A stretch of DNA of 64,000 nucleotides. It comes from Mobula birostris (lineage: Eukaryota). The number at the start of each line of letters is the position of its first letter. Within the stretch, counting starts at the first letter, position 1. The DNA lies in contig NC_092370.1 in NCBI RefSeq assembly GCF_030028105.1, forward strand, positions 130,859,522 through 130,923,521. Reading direction: 5' to 3'. The position numbers and the translations under genes are program-made. The notes beneath the pieces were generated by a model. That model had not been told where the DNA came from and ran no database searches. It saw only the letters and a list, made by a program, of their open reading frames with translations. Below, piece by piece: positions 62,950-64,000 of the stretch.

Positions 62950-64000
62950 TTTGATTCGAAGAAGGAGTCTGAGAGTCTGAGTGGGAGTGCCGAGAAAGAC
63001 ATTTTTGAAATTTTCGTTATTTTTTTTTCTCCAACGGCGTTCTGAGAGGCGGGACTGCGCAGGCGTGTGACGTCGGGCTGTGCAGCGCGGCAGATTTAAA
63101 AGGAACAGAGCCTCATAGAGCGGGCAGCGGAGTTTGCGGGCTGCGGAGTGAGCCGGGAGCAGAGTGAAGACTTAAGGGCTTCGGCTCAACGGGCTTAGGC
63201 GGAAACAGGCGAGGAAGGTTTGGCATTCATTTTCTGTTGTTATTTGAGGAGAGGGGCAGTATGAGTGTGAGGGCAGTTTGTTGTTCTCGGTGTCGGATGT
63301 TGGAGGCCCTGGAGTCTCCAAGCCTCCCGGACGTCTACATCTGCGCCAAGTGCATCGAGATGCAGCTCCTAAGGGACCGCGTTACGGAACTGGAGCTGCA
63401 GCTCGATGACCTTCGTCTGGTCAGGGAGAGTGAGGAGGTGATAGAGAGGAGTTGCAGGCAGGTGGTCACGTCGGGGCCACAGGAGGCAGACAAGTGGGTC
63501 ACGGTTAGGAGGGGGAAAGGGAAAAGTCAGGTAATAGGGAGTACCCCGGTGGCTGTGCCCCTTAACAACAGGTACTCCTGTTTGAGTACTGTTGGGGGGG
63601 ACAGCTTACCCGGGGGAAGCGACAGTGGCCGTGCCTCCGGCACAGAGTCTGGCCCTGTAGCTCAGAAGGGTAGGGCAAGGAAGAGGAGGGCAGTTGTGAT
63701 AGGGGACTCGATAGTAAGGGGGTCAGATAGGCGATTCTGTGGACGCAGTCCAGAGACCCGGATGGTAGTTTGCCTCCCTGGTGCCAGGGTCCGGGATATT
63801 TCTGATCGTGTCCAAGATATCCTGAAGTGGGAGGGTGAGGGGCCAGAGGTCGTGGTACATATAGGTACCAATGACATAGGTAGGAAAAGGGATGAGGTCC
63901 TGAAAGGAGAATATAGGGAGCTAGGAAGGGAGTTGAGAAAAAGGACTGCAAAGGTAGTAATCTCGGGATTACTGCCTGTGCCACGCGACAGTGAGAGTAG
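62950..64000 (+). mobile_element. 5' end of a young CR1-type LINE (5' UTR plus ORF1), running off the window
   Basis: CpG-rich 5' UTR followed by an uninterrupted ORF1; inserted into an older CR1 3' fragment. Confidence 0.9.
63261..64000 (+). CDS. CR1 ORF1 protein (zinc finger, coiled coil, SGNH/GDSL esterase), open to the window end
   Basis: Hand translation gives 246 codons with no stop: MSVRAVCCSRC...YICAKC...LLRDRVTELELQLDDL...PLNNRYSCL...VVIGDSIVR...CLPGARV...VVVHIGTND. Absent from the ORF track because there is no stop in the window. Confidence 0.9.
   Translation, partial: MSVRAVCCSRCRMLEALESPSLPDVYICAKCIEMQLLRDRVTELELQLDDLRLVRESEEVIERSCRQVVTSGPQEADKWVTVRRGKGKSQVIGSTPVAVPLNNRYSCLSTVGGDSLPGGSDSGRASGTESGPVAQKGRARKRRAVVIGDSIVRGSDRRFCGRSPETRMVVCLPGARVRDISDRVQDILKWEGEGPEVVVHIGTNDIGRKRDEVLKGEYRELGRELRKRTAKVVISGLLPVPRDSES

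Noticed and set aside
63562-63984. 140-aa minus-strand ORF
   Set aside because: Antisense shadow of the intact CR1 ORF1 on the plus strand.

Overview
Repeat-rich vertebrate genomic DNA, probably from a cartilaginous fish (inferred from the repeat landscape). It holds two complete protein-coding genes: POLR2K (minus strand, 58 aa, last intron U12-type) and FBXO43/Emi2 (plus strand, 655 aa, 3' UTR with CPE and Pumilio elements). It also holds the probable first coding exon of RGS22 and a CpG-rich promoter with a perfect RFX X-box, assigned to SPAG1 by synteny only. The order SPAG1(-), POLR2K(-), FBXO43(+), RGS22(+) would mirror the human cluster. The remainder is mostly mobile DNA: CR1, RTE and Rex/Babar-like LINEs, Tc1 elements, a hAT-type MITE, Gypsy relics, SINEs and Penelope-like elements. 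The most striking signal is a dispersed family of about ten minimal hammerhead-ribozyme motifs (consensus cagtc-CTGAYGA-a-gggt-ctcg-gccc-GAAA-cgtc-gactg) in Penelope-like tails. Every copy is mutated to some degree, and several occur as fold-back inverted pairs inside FBXO43 introns. Other notable items are a 45-bp near-perfect palindrome in a POLR2K intron, an altered N-terminal degron in Emi2, and a young CR1 with intact ORF1 at the right edge. Repeat boundaries were read by eye and are approximate.
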